Assembly: GCA_017889125.1 (NCBI GenBank)
Contig: JAGHER010000088.1
Coordinates: 2,566-66,565, forward strand
Source of the DNA: Lachnospiraceae bacterium
GTDB lineage: Bacteria > Bacillota > Clostridia > Lachnospirales > Lachnospiraceae
DNA length: 64,000 nt
Direction of reading: 5' to 3'
Each line of letters begins with the position of its first letter. Position 1 is the stretch's first letter. This document shows, in pieces, positions 8,606-16,277 of the stretch. A program made the translations under genes and the position numbers. The notes beneath the pieces were generated by a model. It had not been told where the DNA came from. It made no database searches and saw only the letters and a program-made list of their open reading frames with translations.

Positions 8606-10714
8606 ATGCTGGGAAAAAGACTGCTTCATGGAGGAGACTATAATCCGGAACAATGGCTGGAATATCCGGAGGTTCTTGAGGAAGATCTGAGACTGATGAA
8701 GGAAGCCGGCGTCAACTGCGTGACCCTGGGGGTATTTTCCTGGGCCATGCTGGAGCCCCGGGAAGGGGAATATGATTTTGACTGGCTGGAGGAGTGCATA
8801 GACCGGCTGGGAAAGGAAGGAATCCAGGTTATCCTGGCAACTCCTTCCGGGGCCATGCCCCATTGGCTTACGCAGAAATATCCGGAGGTCATGCAGGTGC
8901 AGGCAGATGGGAGGAGAAATCTTCCGGGAAAGCGGCACAATTTCTGCTATACCTCTCCGGTGATGCGCCGGAAGATCAGCAGTCTGGACGAACGCCTTTC
9001 TCAGCGGTTTGGCAGCAAGGAGAATGTGATCCTCTGGCATATTTCCAATGAGCTGGGCGGGAACTTTTCTGATGGCGCCTGTCATTGTCCGCTGTGCCAG
9101 GAGGCATTCCGCATCTGGCTGAAGGAAAAGTACGGGACGCTGGAGCGGCTGAATCATGCCTGGTGGGGGCGGTTCTGGAGCCATGTGTATACAGACTGGA
9201 ACCAGATCCACAGCCCCGCGCCAAATGGAGAATGGACCATGACCGGGCTGACCCTTGACTGGAAACGGTTTGTGACCTGGCAGATGAGCAGCTTCTGCCG
9301 GGAGGAAATTGAGGCGGTAAGAAGTGCCTCTTCCCTTCCGGTGACCACGAATCTGATGGGATTTTTTAAGAATCTGGATTACAGCAGGCTGAAAAATCAG
9401 TTTGACCTGATTTCCTGGGACTGTTACCCTTACTGGCACCGGAGCCGGGATGAGGTGCCGGAGGCCGTGTGGGCGGCGGCAGGCCACAGCATGATGCGTT
9501 CCATGAAAAAGGCGCCCTTTCTGCTTATGGAGAGCGTGCCCTCAGCAGTGAATTGGAGAGAGTACAATCCCTTAAAACGGCCAGGGATGCATATGCTGTC
9601 CAGCCTGCAGGCAGTGGCCCATGGTGCAGATTCGGTGCTGTATTTCCAGTGGCGGAAGGGGCGCGGAGCCTATGAGAAATTCCACGGCGCAGTAATCGAT
9701 CATCTGAACGGCAGAGAAACCAGAACATTCCGTGAGGTGGCAGAGGTGGGAGCGGCGCTTCCCCGGCTGGAGCCGTATCTGGAGGGGACGGTGAACCGCC
9801 CGAAGGCAGCTATTGTGTTTGACTGGGAGAACTGGTGGGCGCTGGAGGATACCACAGGCCCCAGGCTTGATCTGGATTATCCGGCCTGCATCGTGGATCA
9901 CTTTCGTGCTTTCTGGGAGGCGGGGATTGAGGCCGATATTATCGGGATGGAGGATTCTCTTGCCGGGTATCAGCTGGTGTCGGCTCCGCTGAATTACATG
10001 TACAGAGGCGATTATGGAGACCGGGTAAGGCAGTTTGTGGAGGAGGGCGGCATTTATGTGACCACCTGCTTTTCCGGCTGCGTGGATGAGTCGGATCTTT
10101 GCTTTACCGGGCACCATCCCCTGGAGGATGTGCTGGGGCTGGTGCCTGAGGAGATTGACGCGCCGTCAGAGGATTTTGCCAACAGCTTCATTTACGGAGA
10201 AAAGGAATATCCGGCGCAGAGACTGTGCGCGGTGGTTCATCCGAAGCCCGGCGCCAGGGTGCTGGCTGCATACGAAAAGGATTTTTATGCCGGCAGTCCG
10301 GCTGTGCTGGAGAATAAGCGGGGGAAGGGAATGGCGTATTTCCTGGCTGCCATATCGAACCTGGATTTTCTCCGGGCCTTTTACCGGGATGTATTCCGGC
10401 AGGCAGGCCTGACCAATGCCCTTGGCATTGATCTTCCTTACGGCGTGACGGTGACGGAGCGGCTGCTGCAGGAGGAGAATGATAATGCAGGAATGGGCGG
10501 CGATGCGGGAATGGGCGGCAAAGCTGGGATGCGCGGCAAAGCAGGAGAGGGGCAAAGTCTGGTCTTTGTCATGAATTTCCGCCATGATCCGGCAGAACTT
10601 TCGGGAATCGGCCAGTGGAGAGATGTCCTGAGCGGCCAGGTCTTTCAGGATGTTCTGCCGATGGATAAGCTGTCCTGCAGAGTTTTGGAAAGAGTGACTG
10701 CGCAGTACTGCTGA
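8606..10714 (+). CDS. ganA: GH42 beta-galactosidase
   Basis: LLHGGDYNPEQW, GVNCVTLGVFSWAMLEPREGEYDF, WHISNELGG (acid/base), FLLMESVPSAVNW (nucleophile). GGAGGG 8595-8600 favours ATG 8606 over the track TTG 8591. Confidence 0.92.
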   Translation: MLGKRLLHGGDYNPEQWLEYPEVLEEDLRLMKEAGVNCVTLGVFSWAMLEPREGEYDFDWLEECIDRLGKEGIQVILATPSGAMPHWLTQKYPEVMQVQADGRRNLPGKRHNFCYTSPVMRRKISSLDERLSQRFGSKENVILWHISNELGGNFSDGACHCPLCQEAFRIWLKEKYGTLERLNHAWWGRFWSHVYTDWNQIHSPAPNGEWTMTGLTLDWKRFVTWQMSSFCREEIEAVRSASSLPVTTNLMGFFKNLDYSRLKNQFDLISWDCYPYWHRSRDEVPEAVWAAAGHSMMRSMKKAPFLLMESVPSAVNWREYNPLKRPGMHMLSSLQAVAHGADSVLYFQWRKGRGAYEKFHGAVIDHLNGRETRTFREVAEVGAALPRLEPYLEGTVNRPKAAIVFDWENWWALEDTTGPRLDLDYPACIVDHFRAFWEAGIEADIIGMEDSLAGYQLVSAPLNYMYRGDYGDRVRQFVEEGGIYVTTCFSGCVDESDLCFTGHHPLEDVLGLVPEEIDAPSEDFANSFIYGEKEYPAQRLCAVVHPKPGARVLAAYEKDFYAGSPAVLENKRGKGMAYFLAAISNLDFLRAFYRDVFRQAGLTNALGIDLPYGVTVTERLLQEENDNAGMGGDAGMGGKAGMRGKAGEGQSLVFVMNFRHDPAELSGIGQWRDVLSGQVFQDVLPMDKLSCRVLERVTAQYC
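10487..10558 (+). repeat. In-frame 18-bp tandem repeat (3-4 copies) inside the GH42 C-terminal domain
   Basis: gcaggaatgggcggcgat / gcgggaatgggcggcaaa / gctgggatgcgcggcaaa / gcaggagaggggcaaagt encode AGMGGD AGMGGK AGMRGK AGEGQS. Confidence 0.8.
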
Positions 10715-10760
10715 ACGGTTCGCATGAAAGATAGAATCAGATACAATTATTTCAGAAAAA

Positions 10761-10785
10761 AGTCAGCGTAAGCTGGCTTTTTTTG
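10761..10785 (+). terminator. Rho-independent terminator of the galactan operon
   Basis: AGTCAGC gtaa GCTGGCT (7 bp with one G-U) followed by TTTTTTT; preceded by an A-run. Confidence 0.65.
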
Positions 10786-10808
10786 CTATAATGGGGTATG
10801 CGGAAAGT

Positions 10809-10869
10809 ATAGCTGATTATCAGGCAGGCGGAATAGATGACTATCGGGCAGGCAGGAGGAATAGCTGAT
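10809..10869 (+). repeat. 24-28 bp degenerate direct repeat (2 full copies + start of a third) running into the SD and start codon of the small ORF
   Basis: atagctgattatcaggcaggcgga (10809-10832), atagatgactatcgggcaggcaggagga (10833-10860), atagctgatg... (10861-). Confidence 0.75.
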
Positions 10870-11062
10870 GAAGGATAAGAGAAAGGATTGGGATATAAGG
10901 GGAGAGGTGCTTTTTGAAGAGGAACTGGAGCGGCGGATCAGACGTCTGGAGGAGCCAGGATATCGGGGGCTTCCGCCCATGAGAAAGAAGGATTACTGGA
11001 TTATGGGCGGAATGGCGCTTGTCAGTCTGGCGGTTTTAATTGCCGGGGTGTGGCTTGACTGA
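10868..11062 (+). CDS. Small (64 aa) membrane-anchored protein, function unknown
   Basis: AGGAGGA 10854-10860 then ATG 10868. Charged N-terminal half and a C-terminal TM helix (WIMGGMALVSLAVLIAGVWL). Stops 20 nt before the next gene. Confidence 0.5.
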   Translation: MKDKRKDWDIRGEVLFEEELERRIRRLEEPGYRGLPPMRKKDYWIMGGMALVSLAVLIAGVWLD

Positions 11063-11081
11063 CCGGAGGCTGGAGGTACAA

Positions 11082-14027
11082 ATGAAAAAAGGAACATGGT
11101 CACAGGGAACACGGTCACAAGGAACACAGCCGCAGGGGATGCCGCCGCAGGGAACGCCGCTGCAGGGAACACAGCCGCAGGGGATGCCGCCGCAGGGAAC
11201 GCCGCTGCAGGGAACACAGCCGCAGGGATCGCGGCCGCTGGAGCAGGAGACGGCCCTGGGAATCCTGCCGGTGATGCCGGAGGAGCGGCGGTACGGCTTT
11301 TGGGATGCGGCGCTGATCCTGTCGGGGTACTGCATTGCCACCTGGAGCTATACCCAGGGGGCTTATCTGGCCACATTGGTGGGATTTCGGCAGCTTTTGG
11401 CGGGCGCCTTTGCGGGAGCGATTTTTATGCTGCTTATTTATCAGCTTCCGGTGGTGCTTTCGGTCCGGTATGGCATTGACATCTGGATCTGGCTCCGGGC
11501 GGTGTTTGGAAGCAGGGGCGTTAAGGTCATGACCCTGGTCATCATTGCTGTGAATTTTCCCTGGTATGCGGTGTGCGGCGAGATGTTTGCCTCTTCTATG
11601 GAAAATCTGGCGGGGATTGCAGGGGTTCCGGTTCCTATAGAGGCGCACCGGCTGCTGGCCCTTCTCTGCGTGGCTGTTGGCAGTCTGATTGCCTTAAAAG
11701 GGCTTGGGCCCATTACCTGGTCCACCAGACTTCTGGTGCCGGCCCTGCTGGCTGTGGGCGTGATTGTGGCTGCGGTGGCATTTACCCAGGTGCCCTTTTC
11801 GGTGATCTGGGATTATGTTCCGAAAAGGCCGCGGTATGATGATCCGCTGATCGCCTACGTGGTATCGGTGGAGGCTAACTTTGCTTTTGTGATTACGCTG
11901 GTGGGAGGTATGGCGGAGGTGCCAAGGCTGGCGCGCACGGAGCGGGGCGGATACCTGGCTGGCGTGGTGGGGCAGGGAATCTCCGGTTCCTTTTTTGTGG
12001 TGCTGGGGGCAGTGATGGCCATCGCTACGGAATATGCCACGGGCGCCATGTCGGAGGATCCGTCGGTGATGATGGCGGCACTGAAGGTACCTTCTCTGGC
12101 TTATACCTCTCTGCTTTTGGTGGCCTTTGCCAATATCGGTACCCAGGCGGTAGGCTCCTATCTTTATGGGGTGATGCTGAAATCCACCTTTCGCCGGGTG
12201 CGCTACGGCTGCCTGGTGGGGGTGCTGGGGCTTTATGTGGGAGCCCTGTGTCTGTGGGGCGGGATTCTGGAGTATTTCGGCGCCTTTTTGACTTTGGGGG
12301 CCTGTGTTTACGGGCCTTTGGCCGGGCTGCTTTTTGCGGATTTCTTTCTGGTGCGGAAGGGGCGCCTGGCTTTCCGGAGCGCTTACGGTGTGAAGGGGCA
12401 TGAGGCCTACCGCTATACCGGCGGCTTTCAGCTGGCAGGATTTTTGTGCCTGGCGGCAGGCATGTGCGCGTCCTTATTTGTCTATGATCCAGTTGGCGGA
12501 GTGGTGCACCGTCCGCTGCTGTTTATGCTTACGCCTACGGGATTGTCATTTCTTACCGCCGGTCTGCTGTACTGGTTTTTGAGCAGTTTGGCGCCTGTGC
12601 GCAGGTATATGCGGAAGGACTTGGCGGAGAGGCCGGATACGAAGCCCTTTGACCGCTTCCGAAGGCCGCCCAGGCAGAATGCATTTGCCATGCCGTTTCT
12701 GTGGCTGGGCTGCTGGGTAATGATGAAGCGGGCTGGACTGGTGATCCGCAAAAGGGGAATGAAGGGCTTAAAGCCGCCTTTCCTTGTGCTGGGAACCCAC
12801 CATTCCTTTACGGATTTTTATGTGACGCCGCTGGCGCTGTTTCCCCATCGGGCCAATTATGTGTCGGAGCTTGAGGGTTTTGAGGCCTTTGGGGAGTGGT
12901 ATTACCGGCAGGCGGGCTGTCTGGGCACCAGGAAGTTTGTGGATGATTTTGCCCTGATCCAGAATATCCGCTGGGTAATGAAGCGCCGGGGGATTCTGGT
13001 TCTTTATCCAGAGGCCCGGTATGCCAATGTGGGAACCAGCTCTGTCCTGCCGGAGTCGGTGGCAAAGCTGGTGAAGGTGCTGAAGGTGCCGGTAGTGACT
13101 TTAAATATGAAGGGAAATTATCTCCGGTCGCCGATCTGGAATACCAGGCTGCGGCGGGAGGTTCGTCTGGAGGCAGAGCTTAGCCTGGCGGTTTCTGGTG
13201 ATGAAGCAGCGCGCCTGGGTGTGCGGGAGATTGGTGAACGGTTGGAAGCATATTTGACTTACGATGAATACGCCTGGCAGAGGGAGAAGAAAATGGCGGT
13301 GACGGTTCCCTGGCGGGCAGAGGGGCTGCATATGCCTTTGTATCAGTGCAGGTGCTGCAGGACAGCCTTTCAGATGCGCTCTCAGGGGAGCAAGCTTTTC
13401 TGCCGCAGCTGCGGCGCCGTCTGGGCGATGGACGAATATGGGACGCTGAAGTTAGAGCGTAGGGGTCTGGATGGTAAAAATGTGGAAGGAAAAAATGCAG
13501 AAGGTAAAACTGTTGAAAACCAAAATCTGGAAAACAAAAATCTGGAAGGCCAAAATCAGGAGAACGTGAAGCCGAAAGGATCCGGGGAACGGGTATATAT
13601 TCCTGATTGGTATGAATGGGAGCGGGAGAATGTGATTCAGGAAATCCGGGAAGGCCGGTACAGCTTAGACTGTCCTGTGCGGGTGGAGGCTTTGCCCAAT
13701 GCGGTGAATTTTATTGACTGCGGAAAGGGAAGGCTGGTGCACGGACGGGACGGCTTTGCATTGACGTTCACCCATTACCAGGATGGAAAGACGAGGACGA
13801 TTCATTTCCCGTCCATCTCTATGACCTCCATTCACACGGAATATAATTATCGCGGAAAAGGACAGTGCGTGGTGCTGTCTGTGCCGGATGACAGCTATTT
13901 CCTGTTTCCTCTTGAGGAGAATGGGTTTAATGCCACCAGAATCCAGTTTGCCGTGGAGGAGCTGTACGCTCTGGCCAAAAGAGAAAAATCCAAAGGAGTA
14001 TCAGATACTTCCGGATGGGTAAAATAA
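11082..14027 (+). CDS. Fusion protein: repeat-rich N-terminus + NCS1-like (purine/cytosine permease type) 12-TM transporter + PlsC/LPLAT-type acyltransferase with zinc ribbon
   Basis: GGAGG 11072-11076 then ATG 11082 (track start 11040 rejected). Permease blocks ERRYGFWDAALILSGYCIATWSY and SVRYGIDIWIWLRAVFGSRG. Acyltransferase HxxxxD in LGTHHSFTDFYV plus LYPEARY block. CRCC...CRSC ribbon. Confidence 0.8.
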   Translation: MKKGTWSQGTRSQGTQPQGMPPQGTPLQGTQPQGMPPQGTPLQGTQPQGSRPLEQETALGILPVMPEERRYGFWDAALILSGYCIATWSYTQGAYLATLVGFRQLLAGAFAGAIFMLLIYQLPVVLSVRYGIDIWIWLRAVFGSRGVKVMTLVIIAVNFPWYAVCGEMFASSMENLAGIAGVPVPIEAHRLLALLCVAVGSLIALKGLGPITWSTRLLVPALLAVGVIVAAVAFTQVPFSVIWDYVPKRPRYDDPLIAYVVSVEANFAFVITLVGGMAEVPRLARTERGGYLAGVVGQGISGSFFVVLGAVMAIATEYATGAMSEDPSVMMAALKVPSLAYTSLLLVAFANIGTQAVGSYLYGVMLKSTFRRVRYGCLVGVLGLYVGALCLWGGILEYFGAFLTLGACVYGPLAGLLFADFFLVRKGRLAFRSAYGVKGHEAYRYTGGFQLAGFLCLAAGMCASLFVYDPVGGVVHRPLLFMLTPTGLSFLTAGLLYWFLSSLAPVRRYMRKDLAERPDTKPFDRFRRPPRQNAFAMPFLWLGCWVMMKRAGLVIRKRGMKGLKPPFLVLGTHHSFTDFYVTPLALFPHRANYVSELEGFEAFGEWYYRQAGCLGTRKFVDDFALIQNIRWVMKRRGILVLYPEARYANVGTSSVLPESVAKLVKVLKVPVVTLNMKGNYLRSPIWNTRLRREVRLEAELSLAVSGDEAARLGVREIGERLEAYLTYDEYAWQREKKMAVTVPWRAEGLHMPLYQCRCCRTAFQMRSQGSKLFCRSCGAVWAMDEYGTLKLERRGLDGKNVEGKNAEGKTVENQNLENKNLEGQNQENVKPKGSGERVYIPDWYEWERENVIQEIREGRYSLDCPVRVEALPNAVNFIDCGKGRLVHGRDGFALTFTHYQDGKTRTIHFPSISMTSIHTEYNYRGKGQCVVLSVPDDSYFLFPLEENGFNATRIQFAVEELYALAKREKSKGVSDTSGWVK
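11121..11228 (+). repeat. 45-bp in-frame tandem repeat, about 2.4 copies
   Basis: ggaacacagccgcaggggatgccgccgcagggaacgccgctgcag at 11121-11165 and identically at 11166-11210, partial third copy to 11228. Encodes (GTQPQGMPPQGTPLQ)n. Confidence 0.95.
13467..13571 (+). repeat. 15-bp in-frame tandem repeat, about 7 degenerate copies
   Basis: ctggatggtaaaaat gtggaaggaaaaaat gcagaaggtaaaact gttgaaaaccaaaat ctggaaaacaaaaat ctggaaggccaaaat caggagaacgtgaag encode LDGKN VEGKN AEGKT VENQN LENKN LEGQN QENVK. Confidence 0.85.
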
Positions 14028-14038
14028 TCGGTGATTTG

Positions 14039-14085
14039 GACAAGCGGCGGGGAGAACAAGCGGCAGAGAGAACAAGCGGTGGAGC
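14039..14085 (+). repeat. Intergenic 15-16 bp tandem repeat, 3 copies
   Basis: gacaagcggcgggga / gaacaagcggcagaga / gaacaagcggtggagc between the fusion gene stop and the next SD. Confidence 0.8.
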
Positions 14086-14116
14086 GAAGGATGCCGCAGA
14101 ATGAAAGGAGCAAATA

Positions 14117-15376
14117 ATGACAACGAAAAGAATACAGAAAGCGGAGCGTGCAGTAATCCGTCTGCCTCATGCACGGTCCTTTGGCGTGATCGGGGATCCG
14201 GGCTGTGATGGCCTTGGCACATATAATATGAAGGTTTATGCCGGCGCCCTGGAGGAGACGGCCGGAGATGACTTTACCCTTATTGCCGGAGATCTGGTTC
14301 CCACGGGAACAGGGCGTTATTACGAGATGATTAATGGAATGACGGAGATTGTGGCGGGGAATCCGGTGTATGTGCTGCGGGGAAATCATGATACCGGCGC
14401 ATACCAGGACTATTACGGACTTCATAATTATGCTTTGCTGCTGGCAGAGGGGCTGGCGCTGATTATCCTGGACAATGCAGGGCGGCGCTTTGAGGCGGAG
14501 GGACTGGCTCTTTTGCCGAAGGTTTTGGCCATGGATGAGGTGAAGCAGGCGGTAATCGCTTTTCATATTCCTGTTCCCAATCATTTTATTCCTAACTCGG
14601 TGTCTAAGGAAGAATACGCGCAGCTGAAAGCAGCCTTTATGCCCTGGAAGGACAAGGTGAAGTGCCTGGTGTGCGGCCATGTGCATTCCCGTTTTGTTGA
14701 TGAGAAGGATGGGATACCCTTAGTCTGCACCGGCGGAGGCGGCGCTTTTATCGAGGATGTGTCTGAGGAAATTCAGGCCTGTGATGTGAATCACCATGTG
14801 GTGCATTTTTATCTGGAAGAGGGACGCGTGATGTGGCGGTTCCAGGATCTGGAGGAGGGCTGCTATGGCCGGGAGAGAAGGGACGGGGTCCTGAAGGAAA
14901 AGCTGGAGGAGACGGTAAAGGCAGAGCTGATGGCCCATTTAAAGTACCTGACCTTTGCGGACCGGGCCAGAAGACGGGGCATGGATAAGATTGGAAATTT
15001 GTTTGAAGCCCTGGCGGCTTCGGAATATTATCATGCCAGAAATTTTTATTCTGTTCTGGCCAAACCGGCGGCGTTTTCCGAGTCGCTGGATGGATTTATC
15101 CGAACGGAAAGTTTTGAACATGAGAAATTTTATCAGATAATGGCGGAGTACGGCAGAGAGCATAAGGCGCCGCTTTCTGCGCAGGCTTATGAGGCGGCGG
15201 CTGCAGCAGAGAAGGTTCACGAGAAGCTCCTTTCCCAGGCGAAGGACATGATGGCCTTTGGGCAGGAGGAAATCCTTGTCTGCCCCATCTGCGGTCATGT
15301 GCTGTATGGCAAAGAAATACCGGACCGCTGCCCGGTGTGCGGCGGTCCGGCAAGACAATTTAAAGCTTTTTCCTGA
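14117..15376 (+). CDS. Calcineurin-like metallophosphoesterase fused to a complete rubrerythrin module
   Basis: AAAGGAG SD before ATG 14117. Phosphoesterase blocks GDPGCDG, IAGDLVPTG, VLRGNHD, CGHVH. C-terminal four-helix pattern E...SEYYH...ESFE...AEKVH (diiron ligands) and CPICGH...CPVCGG rubredoxin-type site. Confidence 0.85.
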   Translation: MTTKRIQKAERAVIRLPHARSFGVIGDPGCDGLGTYNMKVYAGALEETAGDDFTLIAGDLVPTGTGRYYEMINGMTEIVAGNPVYVLRGNHDTGAYQDYYGLHNYALLLAEGLALIILDNAGRRFEAEGLALLPKVLAMDEVKQAVIAFHIPVPNHFIPNSVSKEEYAQLKAAFMPWKDKVKCLVCGHVHSRFVDEKDGIPLVCTGGGGAFIEDVSEEIQACDVNHHVVHFYLEEGRVMWRFQDLEEGCYGRERRDGVLKEKLEETVKAELMAHLKYLTFADRARRRGMDKIGNLFEALAASEYYHARNFYSVLAKPAAFSESLDGFIRTESFEHEKFYQIMAEYGREHKAPLSAQAYEAAAAAEKVHEKLLSQAKDMMAFGQEEILVCPICGHVLYGKEIPDRCPVCGGPARQFKAFS

Positions 15377-15389
15377 GGATCTGCCTTCC

Positions 15390-16277
15390 TTAGCCTAGCT
15401 CGGGAGCCTTGGGTGCAGGTGCGGGAGTTGGATTGGGAGCTTTGGGCGCAGGTGCAGGTGTGGTTCGGATGATTACCCTGGGAACTTCGGCTGGTTCCGG
15501 CTTGGCGGCTGCCGGTTCCTTCTTGGGTGCGGGGGCAGGGGCCGCAGGCGCGGCGTTGACGGCTTTTGGCCCGGCCTGGGGCTGTGGCTCCGGTGCGAGC
15601 TTATCGGCTTTTGGCTCTGGCTTTGGTTCGGCCTTCGGCTGTGGTTCTGGTGCGGGCCTGTCGGCTTTTGGTTCTGGCTTTGGTTCGGCCTGTGGCTGTG
15701 GCTCCGGTGCGGGCTTATCGGCTTTTGGCCCGGCCTTTGGTTCAGCCTTTGGCCCTGCTTTCGGTTCAGCCTTCGGCAGGGCTGCCGGTGCAGACTTGAC
15801 TGCTGCTGATGCGGCTGCCGGAGCTGGTTCATCGGCTTTTGGCTCAGGCTTGGCGGCTGCCGGAGCTGGCTTATCGGCCTTCGGGTCAGGCTTATCAGCA
15901 GCTGGTCCCTCTTTCGGGTCAGGTTTCGCAGCGGCAGGCCCGGCTTTCGGGTCCGGTTTATCTGCTTTCGGGTCTGGTTTATCTGCTTTTGGATCTGGTT
16001 TGTCGGCCTTCGGATCAGGCTTGTGGGCAGCCGGTCCTTCTGCTGGATCTGGTTTATCTGCGGCCAGTCCATCTGCCGGTGCTGGCTTTTCTGCCTCTGT
16101 GCTGGCCGGGGCTGTGGGTTCATCCCCTTCGCCTGACAGCAGAGAAGTGCCGTAGGTTCCGGAAAGGCTTGCTGCCGGTCTTGCCCTGCCTGATGCGATG
16201 GATATGATGCCGAAGATAACTGCGGCCAGAATCAGTCCCCAAATGGTCAGCTTAGCGAAAATTGTTTTTTTACTCAT
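15390..16277 (-). CDS. N-terminally membrane-anchored Pro/Ala/Lys/Glu-repeat protein with no globular domain
   Basis: GGAGGAAG SD then ATG 16277 (MSKKTIFAKLTIWGLILAAVIFGIISIA is a TM anchor). ATGAGTAA overlap with the upstream gene stop. The rest is (KPDPKAD)n and (PEPQPxAEPKPEPKADxxA)n. Track start 16313 lies inside the upstream gene. Confidence 0.7.
   Translation of the reverse strand: MSKKTIFAKLTIWGLILAAVIFGIISIASGRARPAASLSGTYGTSLLSGEGDEPTAPASTEAEKPAPADGLAADKPDPAEGPAAHKPDPKADKPDPKADKPDPKADKPDPKAGPAAAKPDPKEGPAADKPDPKADKPAPAAAKPEPKADEPAPAAASAAVKSAPAALPKAEPKAGPKAEPKAGPKADKPAPEPQPQAEPKPEPKADRPAPEPQPKAEPKPEPKADKLAPEPQPQAGPKAVNAAPAAPAPAPKKEPAAAKPEPAEVPRVIIRTTPAPAPKAPNPTPAPAPKAPELG
15580..15740. 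repeat. 57-bp tandem repeat, about 2.7 copies (coding, minus strand)
   Basis: Units 15580-15636 and 15637-15693 differ at only a few positions; the third unit is diverging. Encodes 19-aa PEPQPxAEPKPEPKADxxA. Confidence 0.9.
15970..16053. repeat. 21-bp tandem repeat, 4 copies (coding, minus strand)
   Basis: ggtccggtttatctgctttcg / ggtctggtttatctgcttttg / gatctggtttgtcggccttcg / gatcaggcttgtgggcagccg encode KPDPKAD heptads. Confidence 0.9.

Noticed and set aside
11036-11648. Track start 11040 for the fusion gene, and several overlapping ORFs (11096-11479 plus strand; 10993-11376, 11036-11341 and 11115-11648 minus strand)
   Set aside because: GGAGG 11072-11076 places the start at ATG 11082, and 11040 would overlap the small upstream ORF. 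The other ORFs are alternative frames of the 45-bp repeat and of GC-rich membrane-protein coding sequence.
15409-16155. 248-aa Gly/Ala/Ser-rich plus-strand ORF and a second minus-strand frame (15473-16123) over the repeat protein gene
   Set aside because: These are mirror frames of repetitive DNA. Only the chosen minus frame has an SD, an N-terminal TM anchor and overlap coupling to the PadR operon. I flag in the findings that strand choice should be verified.
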